Source: Trueperaceae bacterium
Lineage (GTDB): Bacteria; Deinococcota; Deinococci; Deinococcales; Trueperaceae
Direction: 5' to 3'
Assembly (NCBI GenBank): GCA_965215565.1
Contig: CBDCDZ010000004.1
Location: 4,064,001 to 4,128,000 of the forward strand
DNA: 64,000 nt
The first letter of the stretch is position 1; the number at the start of each line of letters is the position of its first letter. Below the pieces are notes generated by a model. The model ran no database searches and had not been told where the DNA came from. It saw nothing but the letters and a program-made list of their open reading frames with translations. Positions 63,885 to 64,000 of this stretch are shown here, piece by piece. Position numbers and translations under genes: made by a program.

Positions 63885-64000
63885 AAGCAATGAGCAGAAA
63901 GCAGCAATGAGTACCGAGCAACCCAGTCGAGCTGGGCGAACGGTGAGTAGTGAGTGAAAACCAGAGACTTTCAACTCATTGCTCATTGCTTTCAACTCAT
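63885..64000. repeat. GCAATGA heptamer element running off the window
   Basis: Reverse complement of the last ~55 nt matches 24349-24405. Confidence 0.75.

Overview
Chromosomal window (about 58-60% GC by eye) from a Deinococcota bacterium, probably Trueperaceae. This is inferred from the rpoC N-terminal insert, the gene content and the many leaderless promoters. The housekeeping backbone is rpoC (5' part outside the window), carD, tRNA-Pro(GGG), rnj-pnp-rpsO, yebC-nnrE-ruvA, typA, pdxH, ispE-ispD-ubiX, rpoD, lptC/lptA-like genes, miaA, a wzc-like gene and sat-cysC. Accessory blocks include a detox/aromatic cluster (sulfotransferase, TPMT, VOC protein, frameshifted Tat-leader catechol 2,3-dioxygenase), an ECF sigma/RskA pair facing a CHRD-COG4315 lipoprotein, a decayed cobinamide-salvage operon fused to a group II intron domain V remnant, and a divergent pair of unknown paralogous membrane proteins. 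The most striking unexplained structure is non-coding. At least three families of TA-targeting miniature inverted-repeat elements insert into genes, into each other and into themselves, with empty and filled site pairs visible in the window. One family shows compensatory covariation of an internal stem. GTAG REP-like palindromes, heptamer repeats, strong CTCGAG over-representation and GGCC avoidance are also present. No CRISPR array, rRNA or intact transposase was seen. All calls come from reading the sequence by eye; no database searches were run.
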